Below, one piece after another: positions 37,700 through 49,100 of a stretch of 64,000 nt of DNA. The position numbers and the translations under genes are program-made. The stretch is from Mesotaenium endlicherianum (taxonomy: Eukaryota). Every line of letters begins with the position of its first letter. Position 1 is the stretch's first letter. Below the pieces are notes generated by a model that was not told where the DNA came from, did not search any database, and worked only from the letters and a program-made list of their open reading frames with translations. The DNA lies in assembly GCA_009602735.1 (NCBI GenBank), contig WELA01000730.1:89583-153582 (forward strand). The letters are read 5' to 3'.

Positions 37700-40600
37700 T
37701 CCAGTCTACTGACTGTGAGGATGCTAGAGATAGTGAGTCGTCACTAGCTGCCCTCGTAGCAGGTATTATGGGTCCTGCTGAACTGGATTCACTATGCATG
37801 CCTGACAAACAGATAAAGGAGACCATCAGTAATATAGACGTCCAGAGAGTGCACACTCTGGATGCTCTTGTTCCACCTGATGTCCAACATTTCTTTGCTA
37901 CGTCAGGAGAACAATGCGAAAGTCAGGAAAAGACAGTCCCCCCTATCCTACTGCATTGCATGATTGCAGGTAGGAAGGTGAGGGCATTTGTTGACGGAGG
38001 GGCGTCACATACTTTTATTCACAAGGACTTAGTTAAGCGGCTAAGGCTGCCTACTGTCACCCAAGGGAATAGAAAAATATTCCTTGGAGATGCCTCAAGT
38101 ATCCCGGGAGGAGTTATAACCAAGCCTATTGAGGTCCAGTTAGGTTCTGGCATTGCAGTTCTAACTGAAACGCTTACATTTGAGGTACTCAACACTGGCT
38201 TTTATGATCTCGTGCTAGGCAGGTCCTGGCTTAATAGACATCAAGCTGAAGTGTGTTGGAGCAGAGGTACAGTTAAAGTGAGAGGAGCCAGTGATGGGCA
38301 GACTCACTTGGCACCCACCAGTGCTCTTCCTCTTGACCTGTGTGGATGACAAATGAAGGAAAAGAAGAGGCTTCCAGAAGGATGCAAGTTGCTGAATGCA
38401 ATGGAGTTCGTCAAAAGCTGGAACCAGAAGGAAGACAGAATGTTCTGTCTGCTGCTAAGAGAGGTACCTCCTCAATTTGAAGAAGTGGTTGAGAAAAAGG
38501 TAAGGTCTCCGAAGCACCCTACTGCTGCAAAAATTGTTGCTCAGTACACTGATGTATTTAATATGCCTCCAGGACTACCCCCTAAGAGGGAAGTAGATCA
38601 TAGGATTGATCTATTACCTGGGAGTCAGCCACCTTGGCAACGCACTTATGGCTTGTCTTATGTGGAGAGCGAGGAGTTGAAAACACAGATTGCAGAGCTT
38701 GAGGAAAATGGTTATANNNNNNNNNNNNNNNNNNNNNNNNNNNNNNNNNNNNNNNNNNNCTATCCTATTTGTTAAGAAACAGGATAGCAGTATGCGGATG
38801 TGTGTGGATTACAGAGCCCTGAACAGAATTACAGTAAAGAACAAGTATGCTTTACCCAGAATCGAGGACTTGCTTGATACCCTGTCTGGCGCTAAGGTGT
38901 TCAGTAAGATAGATCTCAAGAGTGGTTATCATCAAATCAGAATTGCTGAGGGGGATGAACACAAGACTGCTTTCCGCACACGTTATGGACACTATGAGTT
39001 CAACGTGATGCCATTTGAACTGACTTATGCTCCTGCTACCTTCATGGGTGCTATGAATGACATTTTCAGACCTTATTTGGATAAGTTTGTGCAAGTTTTC
39101 CTGGATGATATTTTAATTTTCTCTAAAGATGCAGCTCAGCACGCTGAACACTTAAAGACAGTCCTGGACACTCTAAGAACGAATCACTTATATGCTAAAA
39201 TGAAGTTCAGCACACTGAACACTTAAAGAAAGTTCTGGACACTCTGCGAAAAAATCACTTGTATGCTAAAATGAGCAAGTGTGATTTCTTTAAGGAAAGT
39301 ATTGAATTCTTGCCACGTTGTCAGTAAAGCGGGCATCATTGTGGATCCTAAGAAAGTCCAGACCATAAGGGACTGGCCAGTACCACAGTCTGTCTCTGAA
39401 GTTAGATCCTTCCTCGGGTTGGCTAACTACTATAGGAGATTTATTGAGAATTATTCCACAAAGGCCAGTAAACTGACTGACCTTACTAAGAAAGACATCG
39501 GGTATGTGTGGGGGGAAGAGCAGCAGGCTGCCTTCCAGACCCTTAAAGATGCCCTTTGTTCTGCCCCAGTGCTAGCCGTGTATGACCCCAGCAAACCGGT
39601 GCAGGTGGTTACTGATGCCTCTGATTTTGCCATGGGTGCTATTTTGTTGCAGCCTGCTGACAAAACCACAAAGGATGGTAAGGTACGGCAGGAGTGGCAT
39701 CCTGTGTTGTATGAGTCTATGAAATTTAATCCAGCGGAGATTAATTACTCAGTGCATGATAAAGAGCTGCTAGCTATCATTCATGTACTCAAACAGTGGA
39801 GAGCATACTTACATGGTAAAGCTTTTAAGGTGATTACAGATCATCTAGCTCTGACCCACTTTCAGAAGAAGTCCAAGCTGTCGAGGAGGGATAACCGCTG
39901 GAGCCAGATGCTGGAGCAGTTCCAAGTCCAGATCGACTACAAACCAGGGAAGTTGAATCCTGCTGATGCACTCTCTAGAAGACCTGACTTGCAAGAAAGG
40001 AACTTTAGTCAGCATGCTGTAGATAAAGTCCTGTGTGCACTCACTTCACTAAAGGTGAAAAAGTCCTTCCTTGAACAACTTAGGAAAGCCTACCTTTCTG
40101 ACCCAACATTTGAGCCCAGCCCCACTACTNNNNNNNNNNNNNNNNNNNNNNNNNNNNNNNNNNNNNNNNNNNNNNNNNNNNNNNNNNNNNNNNNNNNNNN
40201 NNNNGAGGCTGAAGCTGGTCATTCCTAANNNNNNNNNNNNNNNNNNNNNNNNNNNNNNNNNNNNNNNNNNNNNNNNNAGCCTCCTCGGTGGACATTTTGG
40301 GCAGTCCAAAATTGTTGGCAAACTGGCAAAACATTATCATTGGGAGGGGTTACCCCGGGAGGTCTTGAAATATGTCAAGTCCTGTGACCAGTGTCAGAGA
40401 AATAAGTCTCGGCACACACCACCCGGAGGTCTCTTGCAACCGCTACCCATCCCAGCTGGACGCTGGGAAACTATATCCATGGCCTGGGTAGTCTCACTAC
40501 CAAGAACTGCCAATGGGCATGATTCAATACTGGTAGTCGTGGATAAACTGACAAAAATGGTCATTTTTATCCCCACAACTGTCAAAGTGACTGCACTCGA

Positions 40601-41585
40601 AACAGCGAGACAGTTTTACAACCATGTAGTATGCCAACATGGGCTCCCTTCTAATATCATCTCAGACAGAGACTCAAAATTCACCTCTAAGTTCTGGAGA
40701 GCTTTAATGGGGTTAATGGGAGTCAAACAGCTGCTCAGCACAGCAAACCACCCTCAGACTGATGGGCAGACTGAAAGAACTAACCGAGTTCTGCAGGAGG
40801 TGCTGCGAGCATATATTAACCAAAAACAAGATAATTGGGATGACCTGTTGCCTCAAATTCAGTTTGCATTCAACGGTGCGGTGCACGCGTCAACGGGCAA
40901 GACTCCTTTTGAACTCAGCCTGGGTAGAGTCCCTAAGTCTCCTCTAGATGTGCTAGGGGAATCTTTAAGTCACCTTGAAGGGATTGACAACCCGGTCTCC
41001 CTCCAGTTAACTCAGGAGTTTGCTGACACCCTGTCAGAAGTCCAACGAAACTTGCACACGGCCCAAGAAAACCAACAAAAATACGCTAATCAACACCGTC
41101 GGGAACTGACATTTTCCAAGGGGGATTTAGTCATATTGCATTCTCAGCACCTGTACCTCCCTGGTGTGGTCAAGAAAAAGCTTGGCCCTGTCTGGGTCGG
41201 TCCATATTCGGTGGTACGTCGTGTTGGTCAGAATGCTTACAAACNTTACAAACTGAACATGTCAGCTCACTACAAGGGTCATCCGGTCTTTAATGTCTCC
41301 TTCTTGGAACTATACATCAAAGGTGATACACTGTTCACAGGTCGGTTACCTGTCCAACCGGGACCGGTCCCCGCTGTCCGGGACGGCGACCTTGAGGAAT
41401 ATGAGGTCGATGAGATTTTAGACGCTCGCTCGGTTTGTCGATCGTCTAAATATGTCATGAAGTACCCCATCCGATGGAAGGGTTACGATGCCTCTGGGGA
41501 CACTTGCGAATTTCAAGATCAGCTGACCCATGCCAAATGGGCGTCGAAACGGTTCCACCTTCGGGCGGCTGGGGCACCTCCCTAA
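37654..41585 (+). pseudogene. pol: pol (aspartic protease, RT, RNase H, integrase, chromodomain), disrupted
   Basis: Protease [44 protein letters not shown]; RNase [27 protein letters not shown]; integrase GHFG..CDQCQ, SDRD, HPQTDGQTE, GPY; chromodomain EYEVDEILD..RWKGY. Defects: TGA at 38347, frameshifts at ~39207 and ~39300, and Ala in place of the first integrase catalytic Asp (ISMAW). Three N gaps. Confidence 0.95.
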
Positions 41586-41909
41586 CAGTCATTTCCGTTG
41601 ACACGGGAAGGTGACAGGAGGTCCTGTCTCCATATAAGTTGGAGGGAGATGTGACAGTTAGTGACAGTTGTGACAGGCAGCCCACCTTTAAATTTAAGTT
41701 GGAGGGAGTGGTAGTCTCTGATCACCATATTACCCACTCAACCTGCGCTCACACTCACTTGCTCTCCAACTCAATTTTTCCTTATGTTCGCTCACACCAG
41801 GTATTCCACTCTAGGAACTCTCCCGATCGCGTCGCTCTTCATCAAGGGCACTCAGTAGCGGCAAAATATCATGACTTCACTAACTGCATTGTGTTTATGA
41901 TTGAGCAGG

Positions 41910-43577
41910 ATGACTCAAAAGTCGGAACTCAAAAGGAAGCGAAGGGCGGAAGAGACACATGCAGAATACTTGCAATTCCGTGGAGACATCGAATCATCTT
42001 CCATCACCGCTCGGGAATCACAACGACTCCAACAACAGCGGGAGGCACAGAAGAAGAAGGAGGAGGAGGAACAGGCCAGACTGAGGCAGGAAGAAATGGA
42101 CAGAAAAGCTGCAGAGGAGGCCAAGAAAGCAGAGGAGGAGAGGCAAGCTGAGGAGAAGCGGAAGCAGCAGGCTGAAGAAGAAGAACAGAGGAGAATCAGC
42201 AGCTACCGCTACACGGTGCTGGGCAAGGGCTTTGATCTACTGGAGGAGGCCTTCAAGTATGCCCAGAGAAGTCGCAGTGAGTCGCAGAAGGAAATCCTCC
42301 AGAAGGAAGGGGAGACATCCGAAAACTTTGACAAGTATATAGAGGTCGGCACAGGGCTCCTCCTCTACCACGATTACGCCAGGATGGTAGGATATACCAT
42401 CGGAGAGGCCAAGGCAATGGCCCAGGTGAACGAAGCAGGAGCTGTCTCGATTCCTGGTATCTGGGGGGCAGATAGGGTCATCAGGATGATCCCCATGGAC
42501 GCGGACAGCTTCAAGGACTCAACACCCCACAACAGGTTCAAGGCCATGTACAATGAGGTGGAGAGGAGGAGCTGGGAATTCTTGGCCAGAGAAACCAGTC
42601 AGCTGGACTTTGCAGGGCACTGGTACCCTTGTACTCTCAAAAAGACAGACGCTGCCTTCTTCCAAAAGCCCACTGATTGGCGGTGGATGACCATCAACAT
42701 GAGGGACCAGCAGAATGACAGGGCGACGGATGAGGATTTCCTGACAGACCTAAACGGGAACATAGTATTGCCCCCTCACATTGCGGCTTGGGACCCAAGA
42801 TTGGATGGAGTCAGAGACTGCATGAGCCAAGAGATGCAGGGGGACAGAAGCAGGGCCCGAGAGTCATTCTCCAAAGGGAAGCACGCTTATGCCAAATGGG
42901 CAAGTAAGCAGGGGGAAAAGGACCTCTATGCGGTCCGGACTCAGCAGCCCCCACCAGCACCCAAAAGGGGAAGGTCAGTAGGATATTCTTTTTCTCGGGA
43001 AGAGCTGGAGCAGCGGACAGAGGAGACCCCAGAAGTCTCAGAGGAACCCGGGGACGGCGAGGAGGAGGAGTCAGAGGAAGACGAGGAGGAAGGCGAGGAG
43101 GAGGACACTAGCCCCGCCGTGATCCTGACACCTGCCACATCCCCTGTAAGGGAGAAGACGGGGTGGGCCCCGCCGCAACTCGCTCAAGAGGAGGATATCA
43201 CTTGGCTGGGGACTGCCAGAGGACAGAGCCCATCTCCAGGCAAGGAGACCCAGTCAGACAGGGCAGACAGGAGGGCTGCTCGGGAGATAGCCAGAGGCCT
43301 GCCAGCATCTCCCTCGCAGAGAGGGCATGTACCCTTGGCTCATGTCATGCAACATCCTTCTGGGATGCCGGTATACGTACCTGTCAGTTTGAGGGCTGCC
43401 CAGGAGAAGGCTGCCTCCCTTCAGTTTCAGACTGTGCAGGAGGAAACAGCCCAGTTACTGCGTTCTCCGCCGGGTCCTTACACGGAACCTCCTTCTCTGA
43501 CAGGCTTCAGAAGACCCCAAGACAGGAGGAGGTCTGGCTCCCCTGAGTATAGGGCCTCAGGGACATCTCCCTCCTAA
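41910..43577 (+). CDS. Extra ORF of the chromovirus (555 aa, unknown function; coiled coil, globular core, acidic/SP-rich tail; no evident TM segment)
   Basis: Uninterrupted ATG(41910)-TAA(43577) ORF between the pol stop and the 3' PPT/LTR, on the same strand as gag-pol. Confidence 0.8.
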   Translation: MTQKSELKRKRRAEETHAEYLQFRGDIESSSITARESQRLQQQREAQKKKEEEEQARLRQEEMDRKAAEEAKKAEEERQAEEKRKQQAEEEEQRRISSYRYTVLGKGFDLLEEAFKYAQRSRSESQKEILQKEGETSENFDKYIEVGTGLLLYHDYARMVGYTIGEAKAMAQVNEAGAVSIPGIWGADRVIRMIPMDADSFKDSTPHNRFKAMYNEVERRSWEFLARETSQLDFAGHWYPCTLKKTDAAFFQKPTDWRWMTINMRDQQNDRATDEDFLTDLNGNIVLPPHIAAWDPRLDGVRDCMSQEMQGDRSRARESFSKGKHAYAKWASKQGEKDLYAVRTQQPPPAPKRGRSVGYSFSREELEQRTEETPEVSEEPGDGEEEESEEDEEEGEEEDTSPAVILTPATSPVREKTGWAPPQLAQEEDITWLGTARGQSPSPGKETQSDRADRRAAREIARGLPASPSQRGHVPLAHVMQHPSGMPVYVPVSLRAAQEKAASLQFQTVQEETAQLLRSPPGPYTEPPSLTGFRRPQDRRRSGSPEYRASGTSPS

Positions 43578-43649
43578 GGGCAGTAGGCTGGGGACGAAAG
43601 GGACAGCACGCTGTTATTAGTGTTAGTGTTGTCGAGGCGACAACATGAT

Positions 43650-43662
43650 AAGTTGGAGGGAT
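43650..43662 (+). promoter_or_regulatory. Polypurine tract
   Basis: AAGTTGGAGGGAT lies immediately before the TG of the 3' LTR. Confidence 0.85.
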
Positions 43663-44381
43663 TGTAATGAATCAGTATACTGGTTGATATAATATTCATT
43701 TAAATAATATAGTTAAATAAGTTCAGCCTGCTGAACTCTAGTTAATAATCAGTCTGCTGGACTTCATATTTAATATCAGTTTAATGACTCAGCCGAAAGC
43801 AGCAGGCTGAAGTCAACTTAAGTCAGCTTGCTGACACATTCTTTGACAGCCAGCTGACTTCCGTACTCGGTAGCAGCGAACTGCCTCGATATGCATCTAA
43901 GTGTGGTATGCTAGATGAATGGCCAGATGACATCCCTATGATGGATGGCGATTCGGGATGATGGGAGATGGCGGTGGATTTGGTTAACCGAGGTCCTACC
44001 AACGTGGTTAACTCCCGGGTAGGCGGTGCCATCGCACTGACCGTTGAACAGTAAACTCATTCCATGTACATACGCTAGACATTGCTCTCGAGTTTGGCAT
44101 TCGAAAACGAGGCCAACTCTCTTGTACAGCTTACTGAGAGAGATCTGAATCCAAGGCGAGAAGCCATTCATACGCACTGTCTTCTAACCTTGCTTATGTA
44201 TTAGTTTACTGATTTGCATCATTGATGCTAGTTTACTTGCATTTGACTTACGAGTATTATTCCCTGCTAGTGTATTGTCCTTTGCCGTTAAACCAGTTAA
44301 CGAAAATACCATAAAGATTACTTGCTGATATAAAGATCTTTATTAATTGTTAATCGCCTATTGGTAAGTCGATTCATTTCA
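43663..44381 (+). repeat. 3' LTR
   Basis: Direct repeat of 35470-36188, ending TTTCA and followed by the TSD ATATG. Confidence 0.97.
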
Positions 44382-46156
44382 ATATGTGTAACACCCTGCC
44401 ATAAACAACAAATAGTATAGAGATTATAAGCAGAGAGAGCACTAACTGAGACTAACAGTGCTCCTCACACCATGTTGAAGTTGAGCAGAAAGAGGAGCAG
44501 CAGTGCTGCCTTCAGAGAGCTGCAGCAGTGCTGCTCCACTTATGATTAGGCAGCAGTGCTGCCCAAAAATTTGAGTTCTATTTGTTAGCAAATAGCAATA
44601 CAGAGAAGCTCTTTTTGCAACAGTTACTGAAGCAATTAAGCAAGGCACATAATTAGAGCTGGCATACCTACAGAGCATGCACTTTTGAAGCCAAAAAGAT
44701 GGTCTGAAGACCACAGGACACAGCTAAAAATTGTGTATGAAGAGACTTCATCTTATGATTGTTTTAACTGCCCAGAGAAGACCAAGCTAGCATGTGCAAA
44801 GTGCATTGCTGCAGTTTAGCAGTTAGCTTAGCAGGTGCAAAGTGCATTGCTGCAGTTTAGCAGTTAGCTTCTGCAGCTCCGATTGAGAGCTAATGTACCA
44901 CAATAAAGATCATATGCTAGCTAGCATAGACAATGCAGCACTTATATAGAATAAGAAGAGTAGAGAATGGGGGAAGAGTTGTACTTCCTGTGACAGCTCC
45001 AGCTCTCTAACCCCATTCTCTCCCCTAGACTTACTACCCAGCACTCAGAAAGCATTTCTTTCTTCTAATAAAAGCTAGATTATCTCATATTTTTGATCTC
45101 TTCATTCTATGTTATCATTCTTTTCTATTAAATAATACTTAGAGAATATTATCATATTATATACAATCTATGTAATAAAATTAATTCATAGAGAAAGGTC
45201 AGGCATTTTCAAAGCCACATTTGACGATCTAATTGTAGATCACAAATTCAGGCCACATCCAGGCTGACAAGACCATGAAGATAAGCACGGGTGTGCTCAG
45301 TGCTGAAGGACGAACGGCGTCGACAGGGTACAAAGGAGGTCAGGAGTCGGGACACTGCAGCATGCCAAGTCTAACGGCAGACGAACGCAGACGGCAGAGG
45401 ACGGACTCTTGGCAAGTTGGTACACAAGGGCGCAAATTAAGAGGTCATGTATCGAATCGCGATTAGGAACGACTTCCAGTTGCGACGGCGGTGTAAAAGC
45501 AATTTGTACAACAACGATACGGAGGTTCGGCTTTCAACTCTCGAGTCTCGATTGGTCTTGATAGGTAGTCTACTGCCACGCAATGTGGTTGTCTGCAGGT
45601 GGACTCGATACGTATACTTCCGGTCGATCCTGAAGATCGACAACTTTAACAAGCTTTGACTTTGTGGTTCAGCAGCAGAGAGCGATGCAACTACGTCAAC
45701 CAGCGTACGCCCATCCAAATTGCTTTTGTCGGTAGCTACAGATCACAAATTTCACTAGGATGGGAGTGTTCTACGCTTGGAGCTGCTCGCAGCAGGCCTG
45801 GAGCCATGAACTTGAGCTCAATAGCCCACGCTCTTGAAGAGCGCAGGTATCATAAAAGATGCTGTCGAGGCCATTCAATGCCGATCATGCGTCTCTTTGG
45901 CATTCGTTCTTTGGCAGAAGCAGTTTTTTTCACTTGGGTTGCTAATATTTCACTGTTGAGCTTTCAACGGCACTCTGAAAGCCTTAATATTTGAAGGCAT
46001 TATTGGGTTAGTAACTTACACGAACATGCCATGCGTATACTAAAGTGGTGCTTGCCAGTGTTTAGCCTTCAAGAGTGTTATGTCCCTATGATCTGCAGCA
46101 GAGATATTGGCTTTTGACATATTTCATCACTTGCAGCAGGCCATGAAATTGCTCCA

Positions 46157-49100
46157 ATGACTGTCATGAGCGTGGCGCCTGCCATTCCGAGTTGCGGGTT
46201 CACCTACAATGCAGGCGTACACAAATTTCCTGTCACTTTTCATCGGAGGCGCAAGCAAACGGATGCATGCAGCAAATTGTTAGCGCAACTTCAGACCCAC
46301 CGCAAGCTAGGATGTTCCATTTCGAGATTCTATGCGCCCCCTACTTCAGCTGGTGCAACTCGTTGCACAAACTTAAGATTGCTTGACTTGCGAATAATTG
46401 CATTTGCGCAACCTCCACTTTCTCGCCTTCACAAAGGACACACTGGAAGGCCTTCCAAACAGCCACTGCAGAAACAGCTTCGGACAGCTGTCGCTTCCCC
46501 ATGGACTCCACGATGGGGCTCGCATTCGTTCCAGCTGTCGGGTCAACGGAGAAGCAAGAAGCACTTGATTCAGGCCACGTCAGGAGGGCAAGTAGAGACA
46601 TCCCAGCAGCAGTCAGGCGGTGGCGCAGGCTCTGAGGCAGAGGAGGAGGATTATGACTACGACGAAGAGGATTACTTCTACAGGTCGCCATTCGAGGAGG
46701 AAGAGGAGCGAGAGGAGGAAGAGGAGGAAGAGGAGGAGGAAGGAGATGGAAGGGACGATGAGCTTGTAGAGGTGGGGGTGGAAGTGGTGGGGGTAGAACT
46801 CAAGGACGACTCTGCAGAGGGGTTTAAGCACAGAGTGGGACAGAGCAGTGCAGGCTCTGGGGGTCTGCAGGGGTACAAGCGCAAGGTGGCATCAGTGGGG
46901 GACTCTCTGCCCCCCGAGGGCCTCACCTTGCTCTTCGCGTGTGTGGTGGGCCTCCTGACAGGTGTCAGCGTGGTGGCCTTCAACGAATCGGTACAGCTCA
47001 CAGATTCCCCCCCCGCCTCTCTCTCACGCCTCTGCAGACCTCTCCTTAGTGACAGGCACCGGCCCCCGTTTGGCGTCCTCAGACACAGCGCGTCGCAGTT
47101 GCGTTTCTTCTTTCTGCTGCTCCTGTGCAGATAGCACAGACTTTGACCTTCGCTCTGGAGGTGTGGCCAGCTAGCAGGCCGAGCATTGCAGCAGCTTGCA
47201 ATCATCAATGACCCACAATGCCAACCCGATAACGGCCGCAGCCTGAGCATCGCAGCAGCTTGAAGTCGGAACCAACCAACCAGCACGCGACAAGTGACCC
47301 TGTGTGATGATCCTCGCCGCGTTCACATGAGCATCCTTAGGGTCTTGGCTGCCCTGCAAGCCTCCAGATACTGCCAATGCTGGGAGTCACCTCACCTGTT
47401 TTGAGAGGCGCCCACTCCCCCTCGTTGGCAAGGCAGTGGCGCAGCCCTGCTAGAGTGCATGTTCCATGTGCGACAGCTCCTGTCGCTGGCAACCCCCAGC
47501 CCCCGCCCCCCACACCCCAGCCTCCACCCTCATCCCGGTGCATACAGTCGTCTGCTGCGCTTGTGATGCCTTCAATACCGTCTTGCCGCGGCAAACTGTT
47601 TGACCTCTATTGTCCGAGCTGAGCTTTCAGCAGAAGTAGGAACAGGTTGCCTCCAGGACTGGACCAGGTGACAGATGTCCACCTTCCTGATAGGTAGGCA
47701 CCACGCAGGGCAGAGGGAGAGGGAGGGAGCTCACCTCTGGACCTCCCCGGGCGCGTCCGCTGCCACCTGGTGGAGCATAGAAGCGCAAGGTCGCTGCCGG
47801 CCCAGACTCCTGCCTCCCTGGCCGACGGGAAGGCGTTCATGTGCGTGCACAAAGGGGGGGGGAGGTGGGGAGGGGGGGAGTGAAAGTGCTCGATGGCTGG
47901 AAGCTGCTGGCTGCTGGCTGCTGCAAGAATCCTGGCCCCTTGCTAAAAGGGGGGCTGCATGCGTGTGTGCGTGTGATATATGGGGGGCCTGGGGGCTGGG
48001 CATGGTGGCAGGTGCACCTCATCCGCGGCGTGGCGTGGGACGGCGTGCCCGAGATGGGGGCAGCCTGGTTCCGCACGCAGCCTCTGGCCGCCTCCTGGCC
48101 GCGCGTAGTGCTGGTGCCCGCGGCCGGGGGCGTGGTGGTGGGTGCCCTCAACGCCGCCCGGAGCTCCCTGGACGGCCCCGGCACTCGCAGGAGCAGCAGC
48201 GGCAGCCTGTGGGGGGGGGTGAAGGCGGCGCTGTCGCCCGTGCTGAAGGCGGCAGCGGCGGCGGTGACGCTGGGGACAGGGAACTCGCTGGGGCCCGAGG
48301 GGCCGAGCGTGGAGATCGGCGCCTCCATTGCGACGGGTGTTGGCACCGTACTGCGCAACAGCCGCGAGCGCAAGCTGGGGCTGGTCGCGGCGGGGTCTGC
48401 CGCCGGCATCGCGTCCGGTGGGTGCCCTCTGCTGTCCCCCCGACTGCTCTCTCAGCGCGCCTGCTCTCTCTCCCTGTGCCTGCTCCCTCTCTATGCCTGC
48501 TCCTTTTTCTGTGCTGACTCTCTCCCTCTCAACCCCCTGCTCCTCTGGCTGCCTGGGTATGCATTCCTCTCATGGCTGGCGACAAGCCCTTCTCGCAGAG
48601 TCAGGGTGTCGCAGAGAGGATAAGAGAAAGGAACCTTCTCGTTCCTATTGCTGGTTCGTATGTTGGTTCGGGAGTGGGAGTCGCGAGAGCAACACCCGCG
48701 GTTGCAGTGGGTGAGCCTCGCTCGGACAGACCAGATCAGGTGATATGCAATCGGATCATATCCCGTGCAGAGTTGATTCGCAGGCTGCTGGGCTGTCCTC
48801 CCTTCTTGCCTGGCCTGCCCCTGGCAAACAGGCAGGCTGCACCCCCCACTACCTACCAGAGGCTCTTCTGGCAAAGCCCTGTGCAGTGCCGCAGGGCAGG
48901 GCAGAGCAGGGCACACTTGGCACCGTGGTGCAAGGGGAGGGGCTCCCAAGACCGAGGAGGGGGGAGGTGTTGGAGGCGTGGGGAACAGGGGGAGGGTTGG
49001 GGTGAGGGACAGCAGGATTCCAAGTGGCGGTGGGTGGCTGGGTGCTTTGTTGCTGCTTCGGGGGCTGAGGATGCCTGGAGTGGGGTGGGAGTTCGGGGGT

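Larger units (their letters stand above)
35470..44381 (+). mobile_element. Full-length Ty3/Gypsy chromovirus LTR retrotransposon, gag-pol inactivated, with an extra ORF
   Basis: Two 719-bp TG..CA LTRs; 5-bp TSD ATATG at 35465-35469 and 44382-44386; PBS and PPT present; domain order gag-PR-RT-RH-INT-chromodomain. Confidence 0.97.

Noticed and set aside
41910..43577. Extra ORF as a retroviral env
   Set aside because: No signal peptide or hydrophobic transmembrane stretch; the protein is highly charged with NLS-like motifs.
44960..45030. Helitron 3' end (hairpin followed by CTAG)
   Set aside because: The loop is too long, CTAG is followed by A rather than T, and no matching 5' TC terminus was identified.
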